A stretch of DNA of 64,000 bases from Chrysomallon squamiferum (Eukaryota; Animalia; Mollusca), in NCBI GenBank assembly GCA_012295275.1, contig CM022670.1, forward strand, positions 23,932,001 to 23,996,000, given 5' to 3'. Below, one piece after another: positions 37,611-51,400 of the stretch; position 1 is the stretch's first letter, and every line of letters begins with the position of its first letter. The notes beneath the pieces are model-generated. The model was not told where the DNA came from and ran no database searches. It saw only the letters and a program-made list of their open reading frames with translations. The translations under genes and the position numbers were made by a program.

Positions 37611-39760
37611 TTGAAACAATCAAAAGTCAATATTTCGTAGATTCCTCTTAATGAAAGGATCCGCTATAGAACAATAATAAACAATTTATATTTTCTCTTT
37701 CATGTTAGAGTTATTGCCCTTGAAAAGATATATAACTGAACCGTGTTGTAAAATCGGAAAAAACATTTTGAATAATGAAAAATTGATTTTATAAAGGATA
37801 GTATTTCAAGTAAATAAATTAAAAGATAATGATAAAAAAAATAGCAATAAACCGAGTTATATGTGTTGGATTATATTTTAGTAATCTGGTTTTCATGAAG
37901 AAAATAATAACGACAACATACAACACCAATAAATCAGTTTGGAAATAATTTTAATACGAGAACAACATATATCTAACATTATATATAAACAAAATATTGT
38001 AAAAATTAATATAACATTTAAAAAAAAATTACAGCATAAAACAAATGCAAAAGAAAGTGCTAGGAGAGAATGAAATCTTTGGTTATGTTCATTTTTCTTT
38101 ACCTCATTCGTATAAATCAAGTTACAGAATTGTTTTACTGTAATTCTTACAAATCAAGTTACAGAATTGTTTTACTGTAATTCTTACAATGACTATGCAT
38201 TTAAAATAAATATATAAATAATACAATATCATAAATTAATAAATTAATTTATTATTCTTATTTAATATGTTAAATAATTCGACCACATTAAAATAAAAAA
38301 TAAAACAATGAAGAAAGAAACAAAAAAGTTGCTTTCACCAGTCTTGGTATTTTTGCGATGTCTTGACCTAATGCCTAAAGGCTTTATCTCTACTCTTTTA
38401 TTAGCACATATCCGCCATTCAGAATGTAATAAGAAATTTCAGTTTTAAATACTAATTTATCAAATGGCATGCTAAACCAAACTGGTTTAACCAATGACGT
38501 AGACTAAAATAAACTACGTGAAGTTTCGGAGTCTATGCTAATTTTGGTCAACGTAACGGCACTTGAAGTTAATTACCATGCGTCATCAAGGTAGAACGTT
38601 TAAAAGGGGGAACCGACAAAAACACTTTGATTTATTTTCTCCAGTAATTGTTTGTTTCCAACCATTAAAATATTCAATGAGTATCGTTTTGAAAAGAAAC
38701 ATTAATTTACCATAAAACTGATAAGGTAAGAATGTAAGGCTTGTTGTTTTTCTGAAATTTAAAGTATTCTTGTCATCCAAGAAATCCGATAATTTATAAT
38801 TTTTATTGCTTCTGTTGCAACTTCATCAAATTATTTAATTTTATTTTTAACTTCTTATTCATTAAAAAATAAAATCATTCTGGAATATTATTATATAAAT
38901 CAATGATGTTTGAAAAGTTAATTTAAAACATGAATTTCCTCATAAAACATTCTTTGAATGGATAGGAAATATTAAAATAAAAATTAATCTTCTCGATGCC
39001 CCATTTTCAAACCATTACTTCCACCACCACTCTTGTTTTTCTCTCCAAATAATGCGAGTGATGCCAGGAAAAATGTTTTGTATTTTAGCAAAAAAGGTTA
39101 CCAGAATAAATATCTGGAAAACATACTTACATATATAAATTGAAAATTTATTATAATTTATTAAATTAGTAAAGTACACACATTTTATTTCAGGACTATA
39201 CCCGTATAATTTCGGTCACATTAACTTACGTCACGTTGTACCATTACCACGAAAATTTATTTTTAATACAATGAAACAAAATTATATTTTATTTTGCTTT
39301 ATTTCTGTATAATTGTGTTAAATAAATTGGTATTTTGTTGATTATGTCGTTTGATTTATTTTATTTAACAGATAAATCAATATAATGTAATTCATAGTTA
39401 AAATAATGACTGTCAGAATATAAAGGTGCTTCTAACTGTCCACTGTGTATTATTCTCTCCTCACAAATGACACACACATTTAATCCGATGAATTATATTT
39501 TATTGGTCCGTGTGCTTGTTCTTGTCTCTGTTTTACATTGGTCTGACAAGTGACATTGAAAGGTCAGATTCTGACAGGTCAGACGGTTGGTTAGGTTCTT
39601 GTATTTGCAGAGGTGATGAAGTAATGCATGCTTGCACTTTTGATTGTTATCATTTAAATTTGCAGTTTTGAAGGTGCACTCTCCTTAAAAACTAAAATAT
39701 TTCATTTGAGAGGACAAATATTTGTTTTCCCATCGATATCCAGAGTGAAAGTAAAGTAAG
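37611..39760. promoter_or_regulatory. Head-to-head intergenic/promoter region between CCDC130 and AGL, with a probable AGL non-coding first exon ending near 39755
   Basis: The genes are divergent. CCAATGACGT lies at 38491-38500, CRE-like TTACGTCA at 39226-39233, and a candidate donor GTAAGT at 39756. The AGL first coding exon has an acceptor upstream of its ATG (44864), so a 5'UTR exon must exist. Confidence 0.45.
38114..38187. repeat. Perfect 37-bp tandem duplication
   Basis: aaatcaagttacagaattgttttactgtaattcttac occurs twice. Confidence 0.95.
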
Positions 39761-39945
39761 TCCTGTCAAACTTGAAGAGGCCGTTCGTTTAACTAGTTTT
39801 TCATATTTTGTTTATTTAATGATCTCAGAGCAGTCTTTCATAGTAATAATTAAATTAAATGCAAAAACAAAAAACAACAAAAAAAAACCTAATAATTGTT
39901 TCACCTATATAGTTATTAACGATTATTATTATTATTATCATCATT

Positions 39946-39946
<1 letters not shown>

Positions 39947-40018
<72 letters not shown>
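39947..40018. repeat. (GTT)n microsatellite
   Basis: Directly visible; the source of the spurious poly-Val ORF. Confidence 0.95.
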
Positions 40019-40019
<1 letters not shown>

Positions 40020-40404
40020 ATTATTATTATTATAAACACTTATTTTAATTAATTGTATGCCATTTGTTTCTGACTGAATTGATTGATGTGTGAAAATGAG
40101 TTTATATATACAAGTTTTGTACCTAATACTGACCTACTCTGTGTCAGGTAAATGTTTCAGAAGTGGTATGTGTAAATTTGCTGTATTTGAAAAATAAATT
40201 CATTTTATTAATAAAAATAGTAGTAATTATTATTAACAGTAACATAGGCAATCTGTATATATGGTATACACTGTATACAATTTCAAATATCATTTCAAAT
40301 AAAGAAGCCTTTTTCAATGCAGATATATCAGAAAACTTTAATACCCCATACTATATTTCTGTATAATAAAATATCAGAAAAAAAACCACATTATTTTTTA
40401 TTTT

Positions 40405-40655
40405 CATGAAGAATTAATAGGATTAATTGAATTAATATCAATCTATAAAGAAGTTACAGAAATTAAAAGGAATAACAATAAATCAGATATCAGGAAGAAG
40501 GTGGTTAGATTATCAAGCAAATGTTAGCTCAATTTCCAGATAGGCCTAAATGCACATCAAGGATTTGAAGAAGTTGTGGCATCAGATTAAAACTGAAGCC
40601 AAGGGAGTAGTGAGGGTGAAAAATTTTGACTTACTTGAAACAAAAGGAAGAAAAT
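40405..40655 (+). mobile_element. Myb/SANT-like DNA-binding remnant (Harbinger ORF2-like) in the AGL 5' intron
   Basis: EELIGLIELISIYKEVTEIKRNNNK.. and KDLKKLWHQIKTEAKG..LLETKG resemble the Harbinger Myb/SANT-like domain. The reading is interrupted. Confidence 0.4.
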
Positions 40656-43600
40656 CAGTTATTGGTGATCTTATACTATAGATGAATTATTGGCCTTTTT
40701 AAACATGATAGTAAAAGATTTAGAGCAATACCAAAATAAATGGAATGATGATAACTCAGGTGCCAAAGAATCAAATGATTTTGTATTACATCATATGTTC
40801 TTGCTTCTGTTACATGTTATTCAACATTTATTGATAATAACAGCAGCTCTGTTTCCATAACAGCATAAAATATTTTCTAATTTTACAATCTCATGATATG
40901 TCATGTGTCTAAATTATACTATATGTGCCAAATTTTAAAATGATCAGTGATATCAAACAAAAAATCCCCTCTTTTATAAAGATTTAATAATGTCAGAGGA
41001 CAGATAAACAAATATTAACATGTTTGAATTTATTATTTTTCAGTTTCCAGGTTTGAATGTTAAGTACTTAAGTAAAATGTAATACATGTGACAAATAGTA
41101 TGTGGGATTATGTAAAATATTCCATAATTTATTTCAGTTTGTTTTAATTTATGAAGAACAGGATATAGCTAAGGATCATCAGCATGACACTATTTAATGT
41201 CATTTAATGAATTCCTAAATGACTGTTTGGAAATTCTGTATCATTTTAGAAACTTGATAACAGTAAATTCTTCCAAGGGATTACACCTGTCTTTTAAAAT
41301 TTGTATCTTCTTTTTGGACATAATATCTGTGCTCTTCCACCTCTTCCTGATCTGTTTAAAGAATTTATAATTCATCCATTAGCATCTTTCAGCACAAGTG
41401 TTGATTACTCTGACTTAAACAGCCTCTTTCATGCATTTAAGCATGTAAGTGTATTTTAAACACATGTTTAAGTTGGTGATCTTGTTTAAATGTGTGTGTA
41501 ACTCGGACATCTTTTGAAATTCTGTTACTAAAATAGACATTAAATTTTTTTTTTTTTTTCATGCAAGTAAGGGATAAATGGCTTTCATAAAAATACAACC
41601 TAATAATGGGAATATATTTTCTTGTACTTGAAACAGGCTTTAGCAGTTGTGCACAACTTTACATATTTAGTTTGCAAGGGCTGAAGTCTGGATTTGTAAT
41701 ATAATAAGGGGTAAAAAAGACACTAGAGCTCTAAGCAAACAGTTGGCAGATAACCTAAGGGAAAAAATTTGTTGGTGGCAAACTATTCAATTTTTTATTT
41801 TAAATTTTATTTTGGTTCAGTTAGTCCCAAATGAAATAAAAAAAGAATATATTTAAAGGAACTAAAATAGGTGTCATAACCATACCACTATTACCATAAT
41901 GACCATATAAAAATAATGACAACCATAAAATATATTTAATGGCCTAATTTAACAGTAAGTGTTCATTAAAAATTCACATTGATTTTTAAAAAATGTTTTT
42001 TTTTATGATGCTGTTTAGCAACTATTTACATCATATGAAAATTGGGCACATCAGATAATATTAGCAGTATTAGTGTTTATATTGAACTCTCTTATTGAAT
42101 ATGTAATCCTGTTGTTTCGCCCTATTTTTTTTTTTTTTTATGACATCACTCTATGATCTTTATGACTTTTCTGAAACAAATTGTTTTGGAAATTATTATT
42201 ATTAATTTTTTTTTTTTAAATACCTATTCCTAAATATGAAACAAAGAAAAGAAAGTAAAAACATACCTGTCATTTTCTTATTTTTAATCATACATTTTAT
42301 TTTTATTTATATTATTTTTTTTAATTTAATTAAAATCCATATTATAGAGATATGATAAATCTGAAGACTAGCTTTAAAAATACCAGTATTTAATAAAATG
42401 TATATAATTTTCTAGATGGTTCTGTAGTTATTAAAACAATTATTTGTGAAATCAAGTATATATCTAGTTTTGGTAATAATTAATATTTTTGCATATTTCA
42501 CTTGTGAGCAGAAAATCTTTCTTCATAGTATGTGTTAATTATGAATAAGATTTATAAATACAATGATAAAGATAATTTTAAACAAGTTTATATTTAATTA
42601 AGCATTTTGCTTTTTATCTCATAATAATATAAGTATTTGAAAGTAGATATAATTTGGATGTAAAAATTAAAATGTACAAATAATTCTCAGATTAACTGTA
42701 TAAAAGTATACTGCAATAGGAAAATATAGTCTAAATATATTCTGCATTTTTCCAAGTTTTGATATTTTCTTTTTCTTACTGCATTCCAATCTTAATAAGA
42801 AAGTGTAACAAAAACAGTGCAGTTTTAAAATATCTGGGTGCAGCCATTTTTCTATGATCTTGCTGTCATGTAAGGGTATATGTTATTTGCTTTAAAGTTT
42901 CTTCTAGCTTCAGAAAAATACAGATACTGGATCTTCCATGTACATGAAAATGGCACATTTCAAATTATAAAAAGATAATATGGTGCTGTTTAAATATATT
43001 TTTTTAACAATATTATTTTATTGACAGTTTCTTATGAGTGATGATGTCATCCAAAATAATAAGTGGGAAGTAAAAATATTTTTATTAAACCATTTATTCA
43101 TACCACAATAGCTACACTTTAATAACAAAAAATATTATTCTCTGTATTTAAACAAAATAGATATGTGGGAAAAAAAATTCTGACAACAATTCCATACATG
43201 ACTTTGAATTGAGTGAATTATATTCTTTCAAGAGTAAACTGGACTAATTAAATTAAAAGTTATTTTATGTTTTTTATCTTAAAAAGTTGCAAGGTAGACA
43301 ATAAGAAATGATTATTTACCTAAGACATGGATAGCATCAAATTTTCAGAATAGTCTAATTAGATACATGGTAAATGCAAAAAGTTGTGTTGGAAGAAGGA
43401 AAAGTTTCTTTTAATATGTTGTGAAATGGAAACAATAATATCTGGATAAAATACCAGACATTAATTTAACTGAAGGATGCATGAATGGCAGTAACATTGG
43501 ACAAAAGTTGAATAAATAAATAAATAATGTAATAAATTAAAATAAATTAATAGTTCAAAAATCCATTGTTTCAAATAATTGATATTAATATTGTACCTTT

Positions 43601-44886
43601 CATTTTGACTGATGTATTTATTTACTGTATAAATTTATTTCCATTTTTAATAATTATTATTATTTAATTTTGTTTGTTTTTATTTGTTTTTTTTTTATTA
43701 TTTTTTTTTTCTTTATTTGAGTTCATATTTACTTTAATTTTTATATGTGTGCTTATTTCATTGTATTAGGTTAGCTGAATAATTTCAACATCTTTATTAT
43801 TATAATTATTGTTATTATTATTATTATTATTATTTGCAATGCTTTTAAGTTGAAATTTTTGGTGAACAATACAATGTTTAAATATAACTTTAACCTATTT
43901 TTTTAGAATCACATACTGCAGCACTTTAGTGACTTATATTTAACCCAGATGTCAAAATGATATATATTTTAATGTGTACACATAGCCAGTTTTTTAGAGT
44001 AACTGAAATGTCTGTATAAAGCCTATAATTTGTGCAAATATATTTACAATTCAGAAATATATTACTGGATCTGTTTGAAATGATATAATAATCAAGATAT
44101 CAAATTAAGTGATTTTAAAAATAAGTTTGTGAGTGTAAGTTTGACATACATAATCTGTATTAAACCTTGTGTACACAATGTAATTTATTTTGACCTGTAC
44201 TACAACAGTTTAATCTTATAATCTTACAAACATAAACTAAGCTTAGTTATAGAATTTCCCATAGTATAAATATATGTTACTTGGGAAAAAGAGTAATACT
44301 AAAATTTTGTGGATTTTGTATTTACTGCATTTAGCTATGTGACAGTGTATTTAAATTTTTTTTTTTTTTTTTGGTTTTCATTATTTACTGTGACCTTGGT
44401 CTGGTTACACTCTTTAAATCATCTGGGGCTGGTTAAATAAGTAATTGTTTGCATTCATTCTCAGAGGTGACACTGTTTACAACTGGTAGATGTTTTTAGA
44501 TTTTGCTGACCTCAGCAAAACTGTACAACTGTATCCTTATACTGTTTATTGGAATTTCACTCTCTGAACATGTAGGCCTACATACAGGTTATGATTATGT
44601 ATGTGTGTTTGTATGTTTGTCTGGCTATTTGTATTTGTGTGCATATGGGCTTGTATTTGAGAAAAAAAGAGATTGTGAGACTTTATTCAATGATTTGGAC
44701 ATACTGCTAAACTGGATTTTATTTTTACTGATATAACATTTTTATCATTTTATCATTTTCTTTTCTTAATTTTAGGTAATAGCTTATTATTTTATACAGT
44801 TTTATATTAAAAATGAAATATGAATGTGTCTAAAAAAATATATTTAACATTTTTTCTCTATCAGCTTCAGAACTGAATAAAGAAAA

Positions 44887-45351
44887 ATGGCTATCCGACA
44901 GATTCGAGTTTTGTCACTTAATGCTGGCGAAAACAGAGAAACAACATTATACAGACTACAGAAAGGTATTTGTGTTAATGAAAACAATTTTTCTTTAATT
45001 ATCAGTCAAATGTTAAATCCTGTACCAAATTAGGTAAGCAGTTACTTTATTCAAACTTTATCGATGTGTGTGTGTGTGTCTGTGCACGCACATGAATGTG
45101 TATATATGTAAGTAAGTTTGAATATAACTTTTTATGTTTGGGTTTATATATGTATAAGTATGTGTTTATTTTTTAGGTATCCCTCTTCAGAAAGAATAAT
45201 CATTGTACATTTTCAGGAATCAAATATTTAAAATTACCTCATATATCTGTAATGATTATTTACTTGATTGCACCAGTTAAAATGAGTACAATTTTTATCT
45301 AATTTTTTCTTTTTTAATTTTTTTGTTTGTTTACTTTTCTTTCTTTTACTT

Positions 45352-45401
<50 letters not shown>

Positions 45402-48400
45402 CTAATTTTAGGTTGGAATTTACGGTTCATTTTGGGACCATCTCTTCATACAACTTCAGTAAGATTGTTTTGTAATCATCCTTCAAGTCCAGACAAAACA
45501 TTTGACCGGAATACCTATTATGAACTGGTGTGGCATAATCCCAATGCTATGAAAAATGACCATCATGACATTTATTCTGATGTAACTCTGGTAGTCCCAG
45601 GATCATTCAATTATTACTTCACAACTGATCGAAGGTTTGAACATATTTAAATCTTATTTGTTTACCTCCATGATTAGTATACAGTGTATAATACAAATAT
45701 ATTTCTTAATGTGAAGTCACATAATGAGGACACTATTTAAACTGGCTACCAGCTGGCTATTTTATCAGCTTGTTGCATTAACATAGGAGGGAACTGTAGT
45801 TCTAAGGTTTAGAGTTCTTGCATGAAACAGTGAATTACAGAGCCTGTGTAAGTCCTCTAATGTGATATATTCTTTATAATCTAAAAGATTATGCATGTTT
45901 ATGATTACTGATTAAAGTAGCCTTGGATAGGCAAAAGAATTTTTCTTCAGATCAGTTTTATATAAAGCATGAAATATTCTGTTTATTCTTTAATACATAA
46001 TTATCCAGTATAAGTAATTATTACTTTAAATACTAAAACTTCACGTTTTCTTTTCCCCAGTGACAAACAAAAACATGCAAATGGCCAGGGCTACTTTTTA
46101 GTAGACCCGTCTGTATATGTTGGACCAAATAATGAGGAAATTAATTTGGATAGTCTACAGTGTCAGACAGTTGTAACGAAACTGCTTGGCCAGTTTCCAG
46201 AATGGGAAGGCAGGCTTCTTGTTGCAAAGGAAACCGGGTATAATCTTATCCATTTCACTCCAGTGCAAGAACTTGGAATATCCAATTCAGCCTACTCCAT
46301 CCGTGATCAGCGGCAGCTGAGCCCCAGATATGGAGAGGAATATTCATACAAAGACATTGACAGACTTGTCCAAAAAATGAAAAATGAATGGGAGGTATTG
46401 TCGATGACTGATCTTGTCTATAACCATTCAGCTATTGACAGCCCATGGCTCCACCAGCATCCTGAATGTGCCTATAATCTGGAGAACTCACCTCATCTTC
46501 GACCAGCTTATATCCTGGATCGGACACTGTTGGAATTCAGTGACCAAGTGGCTGAAGGAAAATGGGAGCACAAAGGGGTTCCTGCCAAAATAGAGAATGA
46601 AGCTCATCTTCAGGTAATAATTTAGAACTTTACTTTGATCTGTGGTTACTGTACATACTGTAAAATAATTTGTCTAAGCATTTAAGAAAAAGAAATGGTG
46701 TGATTTATTTTTTAATTCCGGCTACTAATTTTGTTGAATATCTTGTTTTCTGTTTCAGAATATATTTGATGTTCTCTTAAGTGAAGTATTGCCCAAAAAA
46801 AAATTACATGAATTCTGGTGTGTTGATGTTGACGTTAGCATTAAATTGTTTAAAAGACATATTGAAGGTACAGTATTTTAAATCTTTATTTTATTTGTTT
46901 AGTCATTTATCATGTCCATTTCAGTTAATTTAATTTGAATACAAGTTTCCAAGAATTGTGTTTAATTAATCTAATAATGACTGTAAAACGATGCATTTTT
47001 TCTGCTATATATTTAATGCATTTATAAAACTATAAGTAACAGATATAGAGCAGCAGTGAAATATTTTTCCCCCAGTGATTTATTAATAAATATAATTTAA
47101 TGGAAATGACTGAAGTCGAATAGCCAGTCACAAAATGTGGTTACATCATTGTTGAAAAAAATGGAAGTAAAATTTACTTCCAAGTGATCGTTTAAAAAAT
47201 ATATTAAAAAAATGAAGGCAACTTAGAACCTTGCCATGGGTTAGAAGTTAGACAAAGTTCAGAAAAAAAAAGTGTGTGATTATTTCAGCCATGTCATCTC
47301 CTTGCATGAACCCTGTATGTGAGATAAAAGTAGGAGATTGATTTCAAATGAGGCAGGGTTCAATGATTTTTTTTTTTTAGCATCATTCCTTACTGAATAC
47401 TTTTAACTTAAACTTTGAAAATAGTTTGCTTAAAAAAAGTACAATGCTAATAATATTTATCCCTTATCACATCTAAAACAAATTCTTGTGTAATAAATAA
47501 ATTCATGTGATGTTTTTCCTTTTTAATTTTTGTTTTGTTTAGCAAATACAATATCAACAACACGTGATGAAGAGTTGGTTATAAAGCAGGACAGCAGATT
47601 CCGCCGGTTGCGTTCATTTATAGATATGAATACAGCAATACGTCTTTACAACACTGACCAGTATGTTACAAACATGATGCATGGTTATAAAATAATGATT
47701 TATATTTTTAAATTTGTTAATAGTTCTTATTACTGTGAAAAACTTGAAAAATTAAAAGTGTTTCAGTATAATCTTTTCATTTGAGTTTTTTTTTAAGAGT
47801 AATTTTAAATAATTTTGCAAGATATCATGTTAATTTTATAACTTGATAACAAATTGCTGTTCAGTTATAATTTATTTTTAAAGATTTTTAGTGAAGAATT
47901 TAACTTTCAGTGTGAAGCTATAGTGACTATTTTTAGCACAGATAAATTGTAAATGGTTCATTGCTAAAAGTTACATTAATTGTGACAGATACCTTGTTTT
48001 ATGTTAATTATTCAGTTTCAAAATAAGGAGGAATTAAAAAATTTAATCTGACATTTTATTAATTAAGGCAGTAACCTCATAAAAAGTTTTATTCTCAGTA
48101 ATAAATAAGTATATAACAATAAAAAAAGAAAAATAATCAAAAAAATTAATGAAAATAGATATAGTGTATGTTTTGTTTTAATGAGATAATACCGTTGATT
48201 AATATTTATTGCCAGAACTCACACTTACTTATTATTACCTTACAGGGAAGATAATTTGAATAGCGACGGGTATTTATCACTGTGTTTTGCTTTAGGTTTC
48301 AGTGCCACCAAATTTACATGGGCTTTTTTTTTTTTTTTTCAAAATAGCTGTACTTTGTTTGTAAATTTCCTTTCTTTAATTATTCAATTTTAAAAGTGTA

Positions 48401-51400
48401 AAATAATTTTTGTAAGCAACAAATAAATTAGTTATGTTGTTTTTTAGACTGTTTATATCCATTGGCAGGATTTCTTTGATTTTTTATTTTCTAAACCTTC
48501 CACTGGCAAGAAAGATGCACAGACTGCTAAGTGTCTGCACCATTAAATTTATTGGCACTGATAACCTTGAACTGTTCAAATTGGTTTCTGTTGGTTGCAG
48601 TTCTAGCTTTTGTAGAAAATTTTTGTTCATATATTTTTATTTTATTTTAATACTATCATAATTGTTTGTTTTACATAAAAAATTGCATTTGTTGGGGTTT
48701 TAAATTTAATTATGTTATAAATTGCAGTTAGAGCAAAAATCCTTGAACCCATGAACCCCTTAAATCCATAAACCTTTCTCTCCAAGTTGATGTTTGCCTT
48801 GAGAGAGATCATGTTTGTGTGTGTGTGTGCATGTGAGTGTGTGAAAGAAGTGTTAATATTAACTGAGTATCTTTGAATATATCTTACTTACATTGCCTTT
48901 TAAATAGATTTATGGATAACAATCTGTTTTATGAAAAAAAAATTAATGATGTTTGCTTCATTTTTTTATATTATTGAAAAGCACTATTTTCTTTGTTTAA
49001 ATAGTTAAAATTATTTGCACATGCTATAATGCACAAACATTTAATTAGAAATTAAACCAGCATATAGGATAATCTTGTCAGATAACTACAGATTTTTTTA
49101 TGATTGCTAGTACTTGGGAATATACTTAAAATAAACTATGGTGTTCAGACACTTTATTTTTTTGTAAGTAATTAATTTAGTAAGTAAAAACAAACAAATG
49201 AAATAAATAATCAGTGATACAAGAATAACTCAGTCTTGCATGCAAAAAGCACAAAAAAAGAAATCATTTGATGCTGATAGAAAAGATAATTTGTTTTAAT
49301 AATAGGTTATTTTGTTATTTTATTTAATTATTGTTATTATTTTTAACAGGAATGGGTTTCTCATTAATATGCTTGCCTCTTAAATTTATTCCCAGTTATT
49401 AATACATGCAATGATAAATTAGAAATAAATTTAACAACAGCTCCATAATAAAACAAGCAGATGCCTCAATCAGGTAAAGTAAAAGTATTATAAAAATTTT
49501 ACAGAAAGTAAATACCATTTTACATGATGCAGAACATAAAATAATGCTGATATGAGATTTGTGGATGTCGTTCAGCTTGAAAGTTATCTTGACTGTGTTA
49601 AAGATATTACAGATATGTGCTACCATAGCAAAAAAAAAAAAAAAATGTATCTGTCATATGTTTCCTTGTAAGAAGACATATTTATTTCTCTTCTATTTAC
49701 TTTACTTTGCTGGTTTTTGTTTTTAAAAAGAATTGATTTAATTCAGTAATTGTATTAAAAAGAATATCTTTTTAAAAGCATTTTTATTTGTTCCACTTAT
49801 ACATTCATTTAGTACAAAGACATTATTTATGATTTAAATTAATTTTAATTAAAATCTGCTAAATTTAGTCACATGCTATTGGATAAAAAAACAAAAACAA
49901 TGTAATTTGTAATTTCTGTGTTTGATCTGTGATAAATAGAATTAATTTTTATTGTCTGTTTTAGCTAAATTAAAACATTTTGTTCCTGTTTCAAGGCCTG
50001 GTGTATTCAGTCGACAAGAACGTATCAAAAAAAATGCTGCGATGCCTTTAAAGAAAAGCTTTTGGAACTCAATGAAGCTAAAGTCAATGAAATGAATGGT
50101 CATCTTTATCAGGCAGTTACAAATTATATTGCCAATGGACGTTGGAGATTTTTGGCAGAGCATGGACCTTTGTTGGGAATCGTCTCCAAGGATCATCCTA
50201 TAATGCATGAGTAAGTAAAGATAATTAAAAGTGTCTGTTGTTAGTTTTTATGTTTTGTTATTTTTTGTTTGTCTTCTCTATGATAAAAAAAGTTGGTAAA
50301 GTATGACTTGAAGACACTTTGTAATTCAAAACAGGAAATATTTAATAATTTCAGTGGACAGGTAACTGTTTTTAAACAAACATCTCTAAATAAAACCCAG
50401 TATAAATACATACATCAAAGACAAATATGTAATTATGATCTATTAGTTTAAATTTAATGCTCGTTTCTTAGATCCAGGATTCTATATTCAACCATGAACC
50501 AAACCAGCTTGCATTTGTTTTGGGTTGTTTTCTTTTTGTTTTCTTTTTCCTTTTTTTTTTTTGTTTTTACAAAACCCAGTGTGAGATTTAGAAAGGAATG
50601 GTACAAACAGAGAAAGAAAAATTACCTAGTTCAGCAATAATATTGAAAAGAAAATAAATAGTAGCTCAGTGCTAAGAATTTACTAATTTTGTTCTAGATA
50701 TTTTGTTTGGCCTGTAAAACATAATGGTGGTGTTGAGACTGCAGAAAAGATGTTAGACGGTGATGAAAAATATGTCATGGCTGTCAATGGTTGGGTGATG
50801 GGAGATGATCCTCTGAAAAGTTTTGCTGAAGAAGGTATCAGTAGTTTATATCAGGCTGTATAAACATAATAGTATACAAATCACACATACAGCCACAATT
50901 ACTCTTTTGTTTGCATTTTTTTCTCTCTTTCATTGCAGTATATTTATCTTTACCTGTGAAATCTTGAATGGTTATTTGCAAGGAACAAGGAAAACAGAAG
51001 AAAAAACAAATAGAAAATATACTTGTGTTTTTGTTACAATTTATTTACCTGGATATTATAGGTTCATTTTAATGCAAGAGTGACTGTTTGGATAACAGTA
51101 CTTGCTTCATTCTGGCTTGTGATCATATCATGAAAGATGTTATAGGAGTTAAAAAGTAATGTTTAAGAAAGAAAAAAAGAAGAACCCTGGTTATTTTTTT
51201 TTTTTGGTTTTTTATGCATAAATCTTAACCAAATTATTTTTTTTTGTCAGAGATTATATTACAAATTTTGACTACTACATATATATTTTTTTTCATTTTT
51301 GAAAATAAATAACAACATGTATAATATTTAATTTTAGGTTCACATGTCTACTTGAGGCGTGAACTCATTGAGTGGGGTGACAGTGTGAAGTTGCGTTATG

